DNA of 64,000 bases from an uncultured Candidatus Binatia bacterium. GTDB lineage: Bacteria; Desulfobacterota; Binatia; UBA9968; JAJDTQ01. The stretch spans positions 2,496,001 through 2,560,000 of the forward strand of contig OZ219754.1 in the NCBI GenBank assembly GCA_964291295.2, given 5' to 3'. Below, one piece after another: positions 52,407-62,486 of the stretch. The notes below the pieces were generated by a model, which saw only the letters and a list, made by a program, of their open reading frames with translations, was not told where the DNA came from and made no database searches. Each line of letters begins with the position of its first letter. The stretch's first letter is position 1. Position numbers and translations under genes: made by a program.

Positions 52407-53204
52407 TCACCCCCGGGACCACTTGGTCCTGGGGGTCTCAAGGCGCTCGCCGTCCACGTGGATGGCGTCCACCCGCTCGTTGAAGAAGCACACCAGATTC
52501 CGGATCCCGGGGCACTCGGGCAGGGTGTCCTCGTAGCTCCAGGCGGCATCCGCGAAGACTTGGCCGCCGACATGGGCCGACCAGTAGCGGGCGGCGCCCT
52601 TGTAGGGACAACGCGACGTGGTGTCGCTGGATTCCAGGAGGTCCATGCGCACGTCCTCCCGCGGCAGGTAGTAACGGACCAGGTGGCCGGTTTCCAGGAC
52701 CAGCCGCGGGCGGATGGAGTCCGCCACCACCGCGCCGCCGAGGGTTACCCGCACGTGGCGCGAACTGTTGAGCACGTCCACCCTCTTGTAGGGGTCCCGG
52801 GCATGGACGAAGACCTCGTCCTCCTCTTCGTACCAGCCGTCCATCCGGTTCCAGTAGAAAGAGAGATGCCCGGCGATGTCGCGGGACGGGTGCGCGGGGT
52901 CGAGGTAGCTCCAGGCCGCGGACTCGGCAGTCCGCCCGCCCGCAACCACATCCCAGTAGGAGGCCTCGCCCTTGACCGGACAACGGGTATGGTGGTCGCT
53001 GGGTTTCAGGAATTCCATGCGCACGTCGTCCGGCGGGAAGTAGTAGACGGGAACATGACCCGCCTCCCGCACCAGCACGGCCCGCCGGGTGTCCGCCAGC
53101 GTCTCGCCGCCGAACCGGACACGTACGCGGCGGGGGCTCTCCTCGAAATCGAGCCAAGGGTCGGTGTGCGCTCCGTAGCTTCGCGGCTTGTGTATGATCT
53201 CCAT
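52407..53204 (-). CDS. Tandem DUF427 protein
   Basis: Two repeats of YY.P..DVRM...CP.KG.A.YW; HARDPYKRVD. Confidence 0.92.
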   Translation of the reverse strand: MEIIHKPRSYGAHTDPWLDFEESPRRVRVRFGGETLADTRRAVLVREAGHVPVYYFPPDDVRMEFLKPSDHHTRCPVKGEASYWDVVAGGRTAESAAWSYLDPAHPSRDIAGHLSFYWNRMDGWYEEEDEVFVHARDPYKRVDVLNSSRHVRVTLGGAVVADSIRPRLVLETGHLVRYYLPREDVRMDLLESSDTTSRCPYKGAARYWSAHVGGQVFADAAWSYEDTLPECPGIRNLVCFFNERVDAIHVDGERLETPRTKWSRG

Positions 53205-53386
53205 GAATTTTCCCCCTTGCGGTTCCGCCGCGTGAAGGCGCCCGAGGTGGCGGGACGGGCGGACAGCGGATTCTGCTCCCGCCGGACTCGCGGTGTCAAG
53301 ACGGGCGGGTCCGGTGCCCGCGGCTTGGCACACGCCGCCCCGCATTGTAGAACATCCATCAACACGAGACGGGAGGAACCCGACCC

Positions 53387-53854
53387 ATGAGGCACAAGCC
53401 TGGCGACAAGGCGCCGGATTTTCGGTTGATGGATCAGAACGGCTCGCCCCACAAGCTCTCCGACTACCAGGGCAGGTGGGTGCTGCTGTTCTTCTATCCC
53501 AGGGACGCCACACCCGGTTGAACGAAGGAGGCCTGTAGTATACGGGACCACATGGCCGCATTCGATGAAGCCGGGGCAACGATTCTGGGGGTCAGCGTCG
53601 ATCCGGTGAAGAGCCATGCCCGATTCGCCGAAAAGCATGCTCTCCCCTACACGCTGCTGGCGGACGAGGAGAAGGAGGTGGTGAGGCGGTACGACGTCTG
53701 GGGCAGGAAGAAGTTCATGGGCAGGGAGTACGACGGCACCCACCGGACATCGTTTCTCATCGATCCCGAGGGCGGGATCGCCCGGATCTACGAGAAGGTG
53801 AAACCGGCGCGGCACGCGCGGGAAGTGCTCGACGACCTGGCGGACCTGGGGTAG
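53387..53854 (+). CDS. bcp: Bcp/PrxQ peroxiredoxin with in-frame TGA (probable selenocysteine)
   Basis: [25 protein letters not shown](53519-53521)-TKEAC..GVSVD..RTSFLID, one continuous frame. Confidence 0.9.
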
Positions 53855-53862
53855 AGGGTCCG

Positions 53863-54345
53863 GTGGCGGACCCGGCGTCGCAGCGGGGGGACGAAGCCTT
53901 CATGGCGCGGGCCCTGGCCGAGGCCGAGGCGGCGCGGCGGGAGGATGAGGTGCCGGTAGGGGCGGTGGTGGTGTGCGGCGGCGAGGTGATCGGCCGGGGA
54001 CACAACCGGCGTGAGGGTTCGAGTGATCCGACCAGCCATGCGGAGATTCTGGCCATCAGGGAGGCGGCGGCCGCGCGCGGGTCGTGGCGTCTGGAAGACT
54101 GCACGCTCTACGTGACGCTGGAACCCTGCGTCATGTGCGCCGGCGCCATGGTCCAGGCCCGGGTCCGGCGGGTCGTGTTCGGCTGTCTCGATCCCAGGGG
54201 CGGCGCGGTCAGATCGCTCTACCGCGTCTGCGGCGACCCGCGCCTCAACCACCGCGTGACCGTCACCCGGGGCGTGCTGGAAGAACGGTGCGGCGAGCTC
54301 CTCCGGCGCTTCTTCGTCTCACTGCGCGCGGCCGGCGGCAAGTGA
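53863..54345 (+). CDS. tadA: tRNA adenosine-34 deaminase
   Basis: [22 protein letters not shown]. Confidence 0.95.
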   Translation: MADPASQRGDEAFMARALAEAEAARREDEVPVGAVVVCGGEVIGRGHNRREGSSDPTSHAEILAIREAAAARGSWRLEDCTLYVTLEPCVMCAGAMVQARVRRVVFGCLDPRGGAVRSLYRVCGDPRLNHRVTVTRGVLEERCGELLRRFFVSLRAAGGK

Positions 54346-54370
54346 TTCCAGGGAGGCGTGCCCCGATCCC

Positions 54371-55736
54371 ATGGATGCCACCGCAAGACACCTGAGCACC
54401 AGCGCAGCCGCCCTGGACTTCGTCGACCTGCCGGCCGATGCCGTGCACGAGGCGCGCCGCCGCATACTGGACTCGGTGGGTTGCGCGCTGGCGGCCATTG
54501 GCGCCGAACCCGGCCGCATCGCCCGGAACCTCGCGCCGGCGGTCGAAGCGCCCGGCGCGGCGAGCATTCTGGGTACCGGACAAGCCACCTCCCCGGATAT
54601 GGCGGCCTTTGCCAACACCGTCATGATCCGCTACCTGAACTGCAACGACAGTCTTGTGTCCCTGGGCGGGGGCCATCCCAGCGACATGCTGCCGGCGGTG
54701 CTGGCGGCCGCCCAGGTGGCCGGCGCGTCCGGCCGTACGGTGATCGCCGTGTTGATTCTTGCCTACGAGATATACGGGCGGTTCGCCGAGCGCTTTGCGA
54801 CCCGGGAGAAGGGGTGGGACCAGGGCCTCTTCATCGGTCCGGCGAGCGCCTGTGCGGCGGGGAAGGTTCTGGGGCTGCCGGCGGTTCGCCTCGCTCACGC
54901 CATGTCCATGACCGTGATGTCCCAGGTGCCGCTGGGCCACACCCGGACAGGCGAGTTGTCCATGTGGAAGGGCTGCGCCACGGCCATGGCCGTGCGCAAC
55001 GCGGTCTTCGCCGCGCTGCTTGCCCGTGCCGGAATGGATGGGCCGCCGGAACCCTTTGAAGGACGCTGCGGCCTGTTCGACCAGGTGACCGGGGCCTTGC
55101 GGCTTGAGGGTTTCGGCCATGCCGGAGCGGGCGTGCCGCTCAAGATCGCCGACACCAGCATCAAGTACTTACCGGCGCAGATCCACACCCAGGCCGGCGC
55201 CGCCATGGCCCTGGAAATGAGGGATGCGCTGGATCTCGACGATATCGAGCGCATCCGAATCCGGACCTGCGCCGTGGCCGTGCGCAACGCCGCTGGCGAG
55301 CCCGGAAAGTGGGATCCCAAGACCCGTGAAACCGCCGATCACAGCCTCCCCTACGTGGTCGCCGCGGCCCTGACCGACGGCGCATTGACCCTCGCCAGCT
55401 TTGACGACAGGCGTATCGGCGCTCCGGCCGCTCATGCGCAAGGTCGAGGTGTCTGAGGATCCCGAGGCCACCCGCCATTTTCCCGCGCGGCAGCGGGCGC
55501 GAATGGAGATCGAATTGCGTTCCGGACGGCGGCTGACACGGACTGCCGACTACCCCAAGGGCCACAGCCGCAATCCGCTGTCCGACAGCGATCTGTAGCG
55601 GAAGTTCCTGGGCCTCACGGCGGGCATCCTGTCCCGGTCCCGCCAGTTGTCCCTGTTGGAGCTTCTGTGGCACGTTGACGAACTGGAAAACCTGCACGAC
55701 CTGTTCAAGGCTGCGCGGGTGGAATCGGGCGCATAG
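54371..55736 (+). pseudogene. MmgE/PrpD family protein, frameshift near 55420 and TAG at 55596
   Basis: GHPSD, LSMWKG, RETADHSLPY; continues as LRPLMRKV..PKGHSRNPLSDSDL*RKF in another frame. Confidence 0.85.
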
Positions 55737-55761
55737 GCATGGTTCAGGAGGAGGTGTCGTC

Positions 55762-56136
55762 ATGTTCGGGCTGACACGGTTTCGCTCGTGGAATTTCAAC
55801 GCCGAGGAGCTGGACCGGACCGTGAGCTTCTACCAGGATGTCCTCGGAGCGACGGTGCGCAAGAAACATGTGGTGGCCGGCGTGGACGTCGTCCGGCTCG
55901 ATCTCGGTGGCGTTGTCCTGGGTCTGTTCGACGCCTCGAAAGACCGCCACCCCCGCGTGCCCCATCACACCTTCGAGATCGACGGTCCGAGCGAGCCGGA
56001 GGATCTGGTCAAGGAAATCGAGGCCAGAGGCGCCAGGGTGAGCGAGCTCCGCCGCCACGACGAGGGCCAGGGTTACTCCGTCTATGTCATCGACCCGAGC
56101 GGGAACCGCCTGGAGCTCTCCACGTCCTCCAGATAG
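55762..56136 (+). CDS. VOC/glyoxalase family protein
   Basis: FYQDVLG, HHTFE, YVIDPSGNRLEL; AGGAGG SD. Confidence 0.9.
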   Translation: MFGLTRFRSWNFNAEELDRTVSFYQDVLGATVRKKHVVAGVDVVRLDLGGVVLGLFDASKDRHPRVPHHTFEIDGPSEPEDLVKEIEARGARVSELRRHDEGQGYSVYVIDPSGNRLELSTSSR

Positions 56137-56272
56137 CGTGGAGGCCGCACGCAGGGAGGGGGTGCGACCCAACCGTTCAAGCCCTTCCGGCGGCGGGATT
56201 TCCCTGATCCAGTCGGCTCCGGCCGACAGTGCGGAGGGAAGCGTGCGGGGAGTGTCCTTGCGCAGATGGCTC

Positions 56273-57042
56273 AGCATATTCCAACAAGAAGATGAGGCTA
56301 TGCAGGGTGTTGCGGGAGGGTGGAGGGTTCGACCACGAGGTTGATGAGGTAGAGCGTTTGGCACCGTCGCGGTCGCTCTGCTGGACGGTGTCCACGCGCA
56401 GCGGCGGTTGGGCTGCGGGGCGCGCCGTTCGTCCACGGTCCCGGCGTCCGCACGGGTGCCGACGACAACGGTGCGGACGCCTCGGGTAGATGCGGGAGCC
56501 ACGCAGTTTCTAGAGGTGGTTCGGCCGAGACCTCGGCCCGCGGCTCGAAGCGCGGATCCCGGAAGGGATGGAACAGGGGCTGCAGCACCACCCGCGTGGC
56601 CAAGCCTGACATCTGGCCCAAGTCCTCGTCCACCCGCGCCAGTAGTCGCATGACCGCCGGCGAGCAGAGCCGGGCGAAGGGCGGTAGCCCTGGCGTCGGT
56701 GCACGACCCGGCTGGTCTTGCGGAACGGGCGAATCAGCGGGGTGCTCGAGAGTAGGCGGTGGTCTTTTCCAGAAAGCGCATCACCGGCGTTTTGGACGGT
56801 TTGTCCAAACCACTGTAGCCGAGGCGCCCCAAGGTCGATTTGAGGAACTCGCAGGTGTCGGTGGGGTGAAAGTCTACAGGCTTGCGCGCCTCGACGAAGG
56901 CGGCAATCGGTTCGATAGTGCCCAAGGGTACCGTTCGAGGTGTCACGATCATTTTATGACGATCCCCGACACCCCAGCTTCAGGCTCACATTGCATTGGA
57001 ATCGCTTCAGGCTTTCAGGCTCACATTGCGTTGGACAAGACT
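56273..57042 (-). mobile_element. Internally deleted copy 2 of the IS at 37617-38936
   Basis: Same ends AGCATATTCCAACAAGAAGAT and TTGGACAAGACT; MIVTPRTVPLGTIEPI fragment; duplicated subterminal TTCAGGCTCACATTGC motif. Confidence 0.88.
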
Positions 57043-57047
57043 GCTGC

Positions 57048-57078
57048 TTGACAGTGGGGGGGGGGGGGGGGGTAAAGT
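57048..57078 (+). promoter_or_regulatory. Sigma70 promoter with poly-G(17) spacer, candidate phase-variable switch
   Basis: TTGACA-GT-G17-TAAAGT, spacer 19 nt. Confidence 0.7.
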
Positions 57079-57487
57079 CTGAATCCGTGACAGGATCACG
57101 AGGGTATCGACGTGGCGGCGCTGGCCGAATCCGACTTGGGGAAGGTCCGAACGACCCCGGATTTGCTGGGGCTGAATCAATACAATCCACAGGTTGTGAG
57201 TGGCTCAATGTCACGCCGTGGCCTTGTTCGGACGTTCCTTGGACTTCATGGGGTGAGGCACGCGATTGCGAAGGAGTTGAGCAATTTATCCATGAGGAAG
57301 TGAGAAGGACGACTTTGACGGCAGTAAGCAAGACGGATCGGGAGACTTGTTCAAACCATACCCTCCTGAATGCCTGCTGAGGTTGCCGGAGGGAAGTTCC
57401 GTGGCATTGTGCCAAGGCCCGTCGTACCAGAGCTGTTTTTGAAGGCGGCAGGGGAGTTCGAGAATGAAAAGGACGAGGAGAATATTG

Positions 57488-59275
57488 ATGTACGGAATGA
57501 TGCACGGGATGATGCACAGGAACCTGGCGGCGATCTTCTGCGCGGTGGTGTTGGCCTTCGGGCTGGCGGCATGCGGAGGCAGCAGCAACAACAACCGGAC
57601 CCCGGCGACGACCCCGGATCCGCCGCCGGCGGGGCCGACGGCAGTGGAGACGGCGATAAAGGAGGCCCGGACGGCGGCGATGGCGGCGTCGGGCAAGGCC
57701 AAGACGGCGTCGGACAACGCGGGGACGTCGGCGGATGAGGCGGAAGCGGCGATCCTGGGTGTCGTGCCCGTTTTCACTCCCAAGGGGGAGATGACGGCGA
57801 AGAGCTACGCGGATGCGGCCCGGACGGCGGCGGACATGGCGAAGGCGGAGTACGACAAGGCCAAGATGGAGTCGGACAAGGCTGCGGCCACGAGCGACTT
57901 GCGTGTGGCGGCCCAGGCCGAAGTCGATGCCGAGGCGGCGCAGGCGAAGGCCGAGGCTCAGGCGGCGATGGCCGCGGAAAAGGCGAAGATGGCGAAGGAG
58001 GCCGCGGCCAAGGAGGTTCGGCGTGTCGAGGGCATGACCTACAGGTACGGCGACACGACCATCACGGCGGGTGCACCCTATGCCAAGCTCACGACCGGGG
58101 GCAAGACCATCGAGACCGGCAAGCGCGGCAACATCGACGAGAAATCACGGAATTACCGAAAGGAACCCGTCCAATACGTGGCGGCAACGGCAAACAAGCC
58201 GGAGGTGGTTTCCCGGACGGGAATCCATGCACGGACCATCCCCGTCGGTTCCTACAACGACTCGGAGAAGTCCCGTTTCTGGCTGATGGACAAGTATGTC
58301 CGCAACACCAAGGGGGTGAAGGCCTACCGCAGGGCGAAGGACGCCAGCGATCAGCCGATCAACGTGACCGCCCCGATCACGGCCGAGAACCCGTTCGGTT
58401 CGGTCACGGTAGGGGAAAAGACCTACAAGGTCATGCGGGCGGAGGGGGAGTTCCATATTCTTGATACCCCGGAGTCGAAGAAACTGGACAAGACGAATGC
58501 CTGGGACTGGATCAATGGGGGCACCAAGGACGCGAATGCGGGCGTGGGCGTCTACTACTACAACAACGGCAGCAAGGACATCTATCTTCTGCGCACCGGA
58601 ACGAGCGGGACCGACAACTTCACCTACCGGCAGATTTTCGTCTACGATGTGCCGGATTTCCCGGAGGCGAGGCCCTATGAGCACATGAACTACGGGATGT
58701 GGCACACGCAGAAGTCAGGCAGGACCAACCTTGGCATCTCATTCGTCACGGTGCTGCCCGATGGCGAGGGCATGACCCCGGCGGCCAACATGCCAGGCTT
58801 CGGCAGTGCCACCTACAGGGGTAATGCAATTTGGCAACACCGCGCACAGCACGCTCAAGGCGAAGGAGGTATCTTCGGTCTTGACGGAACCTCAACCACA
58901 ACGGTGGATTTCGGGAAAAGCACCATCAAGACCGATATTTATCGCGCGCACTTCTTGTTGCAAGGCGGATATGACGGGATTATCGCCACATTCCACGGCA
59001 CCATCGACGGGAACGGGTTCTCGGGCAGCAAAGTGACCAATGTCAACGCCGAAGGCGCCGGCTACGATACACCGGGATTTCTGGCTGGCTATCAGACCCG
59101 CCATCGTACTGCAATAGACTTGGCCACGAGCGTGGACGGCAGCCTGTACGAGGTGAGGGAGTACAGCGGCCATTTCTTCGGGCCGGACGCCGAAGAGGTG
59201 GGCGGCGTGTTCGACATCACATCCAAGGACAAGAAGCACGGCGAGTTGCGCGGCTCTTTCGGCGGCCACAGGTAG
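57488..59275 (+). CDS. Surface lipoprotein with Ala-rich stalk and C-terminal TbpB-like beta-barrel
   Basis: Lipobox LAAC-GG, Ala/Lys/Glu helical region, NYGMW, GSATYRG, GHFFGPDAEEVGGVF..GSFGG. Confidence 0.85.
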   Translation: MYGMMHGMMHRNLAAIFCAVVLAFGLAACGGSSNNNRTPATTPDPPPAGPTAVETAIKEARTAAMAASGKAKTASDNAGTSADEAEAAILGVVPVFTPKGEMTAKSYADAARTAADMAKAEYDKAKMESDKAAATSDLRVAAQAEVDAEAAQAKAEAQAAMAAEKAKMAKEAAAKEVRRVEGMTYRYGDTTITAGAPYAKLTTGGKTIETGKRGNIDEKSRNYRKEPVQYVAATANKPEVVSRTGIHARTIPVGSYNDSEKSRFWLMDKYVRNTKGVKAYRRAKDASDQPINVTAPITAENPFGSVTVGEKTYKVMRAEGEFHILDTPESKKLDKTNAWDWINGGTKDANAGVGVYYYNNGSKDIYLLRTGTSGTDNFTYRQIFVYDVPDFPEARPYEHMNYGMWHTQKSGRTNLGISFVTVLPDGEGMTPAANMPGFGSATYRGNAIWQHRAQHAQGEGGIFGLDGTSTTTVDFGKSTIKTDIYRAHFLLQGGYDGIIATFHGTIDGNGFSGSKVTNVNAEGAGYDTPGFLAGYQTRHRTAIDLATSVDGSLYEVREYSGHFFGPDAEEVGGVFDITSKDKKHGELRGSFGGHR

Positions 59276-59323
59276 TAAACCGCTCGAAACAGACCGCCAT
59301 CACCGGCGGTGGTTCACGGAGCG

Positions 59324-59365
59324 GGGCGCCCGATCCATCTACGGATCGGGTGCCCTTTTCTTTTT
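59324..59365 (+). terminator. Rho-independent terminator
   Basis: GGGCGCCCGATCC/GGATCGGGTGCCC stem followed by TTTTCTTTTT. Confidence 0.85.
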
Positions 59366-59369
59366 CGAC

Positions 59370-60240
59370 AGCCGCGCGGGGAGTGGCGGGAGGCGATGGC
59401 ACGGTTCCGGGCGATGCTGGCGCGCAATCCCGATCTGCCCCGGGTGCGGCTCGACTTGGCGTTGGCCTATTTTCAGGCGGAGGATGACGGCAATGCGGCC
59501 TGTCATTTCCGCCTGGCGCTGGGCGCGAAGGACCTGCCCGAGACGGTGCGCGCCTCGGCGCTCGCTTTCCTCGACCGCATCCGGCGGCGCAAGCGATGGT
59601 CGGTTACCGGCTCGGTGGCGGTTGTGCCCGACACCAACATCAACGCCAGGACCGATGCCCGGGAGATCCTCCTGTTCGGCCAGCGGGCCACGCTGTCGGA
59701 GGATGCGCGCCGGACCAGCGGCGTCGGGGTGACGATCGACATGTCGGGCGGTTACGAAGGGCGGGTTTCGCCCGACCTGCGGTTCCGGGTCGGCGGCGGG
59801 CTTCAGACCCGAACCTGCCGGGAGAGCGATTTCAACGAACAGATCGTCGAACCTGTACGCCGGGCCGCGCTTCCTGTTCGACAAGTTCGACCTGCGTCCC
59901 GACGTGACCGCGCGGCAGCGCTGGCTCGGCGGCACCGCCTGCAGCTTGGCGCTGGGTATCGGGCTTTCGGGCGGGGCAGACATGGCGGCTGGGCGCGTCG
60001 CTCAGCCGCGAGCGGATCGACTACGAGGAGGGCAATCTCGGCGAGGGCAACATCGATTCCGTCGGGCTCGACCTCACCCATGCGCTGGACCAAGCGACGC
60101 TGTTGCGGGCCGACACCGCATGGAGCAGTGCGACGCTGGACCTGGACACCCATTCCTGGCGCGAGTTCCTCGTCGGATTGACGGTTTCGCGCGAGTTGCC
60201 CTTGGTCTTCGTGGCCAGGGGGGGGAGCACTTGGTCCTTG
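59370..60240 (+). pseudogene. Slam/DUF560 (TPR plus beta-barrel) surface-lipoprotein exporter remnant
   Basis: FRAMLARNPDLPRVRLDLALAYF, PDTNINA; no start or signal peptide, frameshift near 59850, truncated barrel. Confidence 0.75.
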
Positions 60241-60318
60241 GCGGGTGGCTCTTGACGCGGACGGCAACCGGGACGTAATCTTCATCGCAGAGACCGCCAT
60301 CGACTTCAGAGACGGCGG

Positions 60319-60352
60319 AGAACGGTGCAATGGATAGAACGGTGCAATGGAT
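60319..60352. repeat. 17-bp perfect tandem duplication upstream of nirK
   Basis: AGAACGGTGCAATGGAT x2. Confidence 0.9.
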
Positions 60353-60403
60353 CCTTGACGGCTTGTGGGGCGGTTGAGGGTCCGGACATGAAAGGAGTCC
60401 TTC

Positions 60404-61453
60404 ATGCGGTACCACGACAATGCGAAAAGAGCCTTGGCGATCCTCACCCGGCGGGCGCTTCCCGCCGGGTTGGCGCTGGGTGTCTGCCTGATGACCGCGG
60501 CAACGTCGGCCGCCGCGCCCATCGTTGCCGAGTTGATCAGCGCTCCCGGCGTGCCGCCGCCCATCACGCGCACCGAACCGGCGCACGTGATCGTGAACCT
60601 CGTCACCGAGGAGAAGGTGGGCGAGTTGTCACAGGGGGTGCAGTACGAGTTCTGGACCTACAACGGCAAGGTGCCCGGTCCCTTTATTCGGCTGCGGCAG
60701 GGAGACACCTTCGAGGTGCGGCTCGACAACACCAAGGGCAAGCTCACCCACACCGTGGACTTTCACGCTGTCACCGGCCCGGGCGGTGGCGCCAACGCGC
60801 TGATGGTGGACCCGGGCAAGACCGCGGTGGCGGTTTTCAAGGCGGTCAACGCGGGTTTTTTCGTCTACCACTGCGCCGCTCCTCCCATTCCGGCCCACAT
60901 CTCCAACGGCCTGTACGGAGTCGTGCTGGTGGAGCCGGCCGGCGGCCTGCCGAAAGTCGACCGCGAATACTACGTGATGCAGAGCGAGTTCTACACGGAG
61001 AATGAGGTGGGTGAAGAGGGCCTGCAGAGCTTCTCCTCGGCGAAAGGCCAAGCTGAGACTCCGGAGTACATCGTCTTCAACGGCCACACGGAGTCGTTGA
61101 CCGGGGAAGGCGCACTCAAGGCCAACGTGGGCGAGCGGGTGCGCCTGTACGTGGGCAACATCGGCCCGAACAAGACCTCGTCCTTCCACGTCATCGGCGA
61201 GATCTTCGACGCGGTGTACCGGGAAGGCTCCGTGAGCAATCCGGACAAGGACGTCCAGACGACCCTGATCCCCAGCGGTTCGGCCTCCATCGTCGATTTC
61301 AAGGTGGACGTGCCGGGCAACTATCTCCTGGTGGATCACGCGATTTTCCGCATCCTTCGGGGCGCCGTGGGCATACTGACCGTGGAAGGTCCCGAGCAGC
61401 CCGACATCTATGCGGTCAAGCAGAAGGGCTCAAGCGCGGACAGCGGCCACTGA
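60404..61453 (+). CDS. nirK: Copper-containing nitrite reductase
   Basis: Signal peptide; HTVDFHAVTGPGGG, YHCAAPPIPAHISNGLYG, SSFHVIGEIFD, LVDH. Confidence 0.93.
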   Translation: MRYHDNAKRALAILTRRALPAGLALGVCLMTAATSAAAPIVAELISAPGVPPPITRTEPAHVIVNLVTEEKVGELSQGVQYEFWTYNGKVPGPFIRLRQGDTFEVRLDNTKGKLTHTVDFHAVTGPGGGANALMVDPGKTAVAVFKAVNAGFFVYHCAAPPIPAHISNGLYGVVLVEPAGGLPKVDREYYVMQSEFYTENEVGEEGLQSFSSAKGQAETPEYIVFNGHTESLTGEGALKANVGERVRLYVGNIGPNKTSSFHVIGEIFDAVYREGSVSNPDKDVQTTLIPSGSASIVDFKVDVPGNYLLVDHAIFRILRGAVGILTVEGPEQPDIYAVKQKGSSADSGH

Positions 61454-61628
61454 GAACGCGCCCCTGTCCTTCGTGGCGGTGGGTTCGCGGAAACCGAACG
61501 GCGCTGGCGGGTGATGGACCTGCCGGCGCCGTTTTCGATGCGGAAGACCATGGCTGAAGGTTCTCGCGCCGGGCACTCGGCCGCCTGAGTCGATGGCCGG
61601 GCGGCCGCGGTAGGCGGGGTACGGGCCC

Positions 61629-62486
61629 TCAGCCGGCCCTTGCGGCCTGGATCGTCCTCTCCACGTACACCTGTGCCAGGTGGGAACGGTAGGCGGGGGT
61701 GGCGTTGACGTCCTGGATGGGGTCGACGCCGTCCGTGACCCGCGCGGCGGCGCTTGCGATGGTGCTGTCGTCGAGTTGCCGCCCGCGCAGCGCCTCTTCG
61801 ACCCTTTCCGCGCGGTAGGCCACGTCACCCACGCCGGTCACGCCGATGGCGATCTCCTCGCAGGTGCCGCCGGCGGACTCCTTGAGACAGACGGCCACGC
61901 CGACGATGGCAAAGCCGGCGGCCTGCCGGGACGCCTTCCGGTAGGCCACCTTGTAGCCGTCCCGGGTCGGCACCCGAATCTCGGTCAGGAGTTCCTCGGG
62001 CATGAGGCTGGTGGTCAGCATGGTGATGAAGAAGTCGCGGGCGGGAATCCATCGCTCCCCGTCCGGTCCGGCGGCCTTGAGTTCCGCATCCAGGGCCAGG
62101 ATGGCCGCGGGCAGATCCTCGGCCGGGTCGGCGTGGGCCAGCCCGCCGCCGATGGTGCCGCGGTTCCGTACCTGGACGTCGCCCACCACCGCCGCGGTCC
62201 GGGCCAGCAGCGGGCAGCGGCTCAGGAGCGGCGCGGACTCGGCCAGATCGGTGTAGGTGGTCAGGGCGCCTATCGCGATCCGGTCGCCATCCGCACGAAT
62301 GTAGTTGAACTCCGTGAGGCCGCCGATGTCGATGACCACCGCGGGCTTGGCGAGGCGGAGCTTCATGAGGGGCAGCAGGCTCTGGCCCCCGGCCAGAATC
62401 TTGGCATCGTCCACGTTGGCGGACAACAGCGACAGGGCCTCCTCCAGGGAGGCGGGTGCATGGTAGTCGAACGCGCCGGGGATCAT
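61629..62486 (-). CDS. Xanthine dehydrogenase/CoxM family FAD-binding subunit
   Basis: MIPGAFDYHAP, AGGQSLLP, QVRNRGTIGG..HADP. Confidence 0.93.
   Translation of the reverse strand: MIPGAFDYHAPASLEEALSLLSANVDDAKILAGGQSLLPLMKLRLAKPAVVIDIGGLTEFNYIRADGDRIAIGALTTYTDLAESAPLLSRCPLLARTAAVVGDVQVRNRGTIGGGLAHADPAEDLPAAILALDAELKAAGPDGERWIPARDFFITMLTTSLMPEELLTEIRVPTRDGYKVAYRKASRQAAGFAIVGVAVCLKESAGGTCEEIAIGVTGVGDVAYRAERVEEALRGRQLDDSTIASAAARVTDGVDPIQDVNATPAYRSHLAQVYVERTIQAARAG

Noticed and set aside
55596-55598. Pyrrolysine or readthrough TAG in MmgE/PrpD
   Set aside because: The gene also has a frameshift; a GAG-to-TAG nonsense change is simpler
57112-57303. Small ORF or known riboswitch in the lipoprotein leader
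   Set aside because: No SD or motif support and no recognisable aptamer consensus
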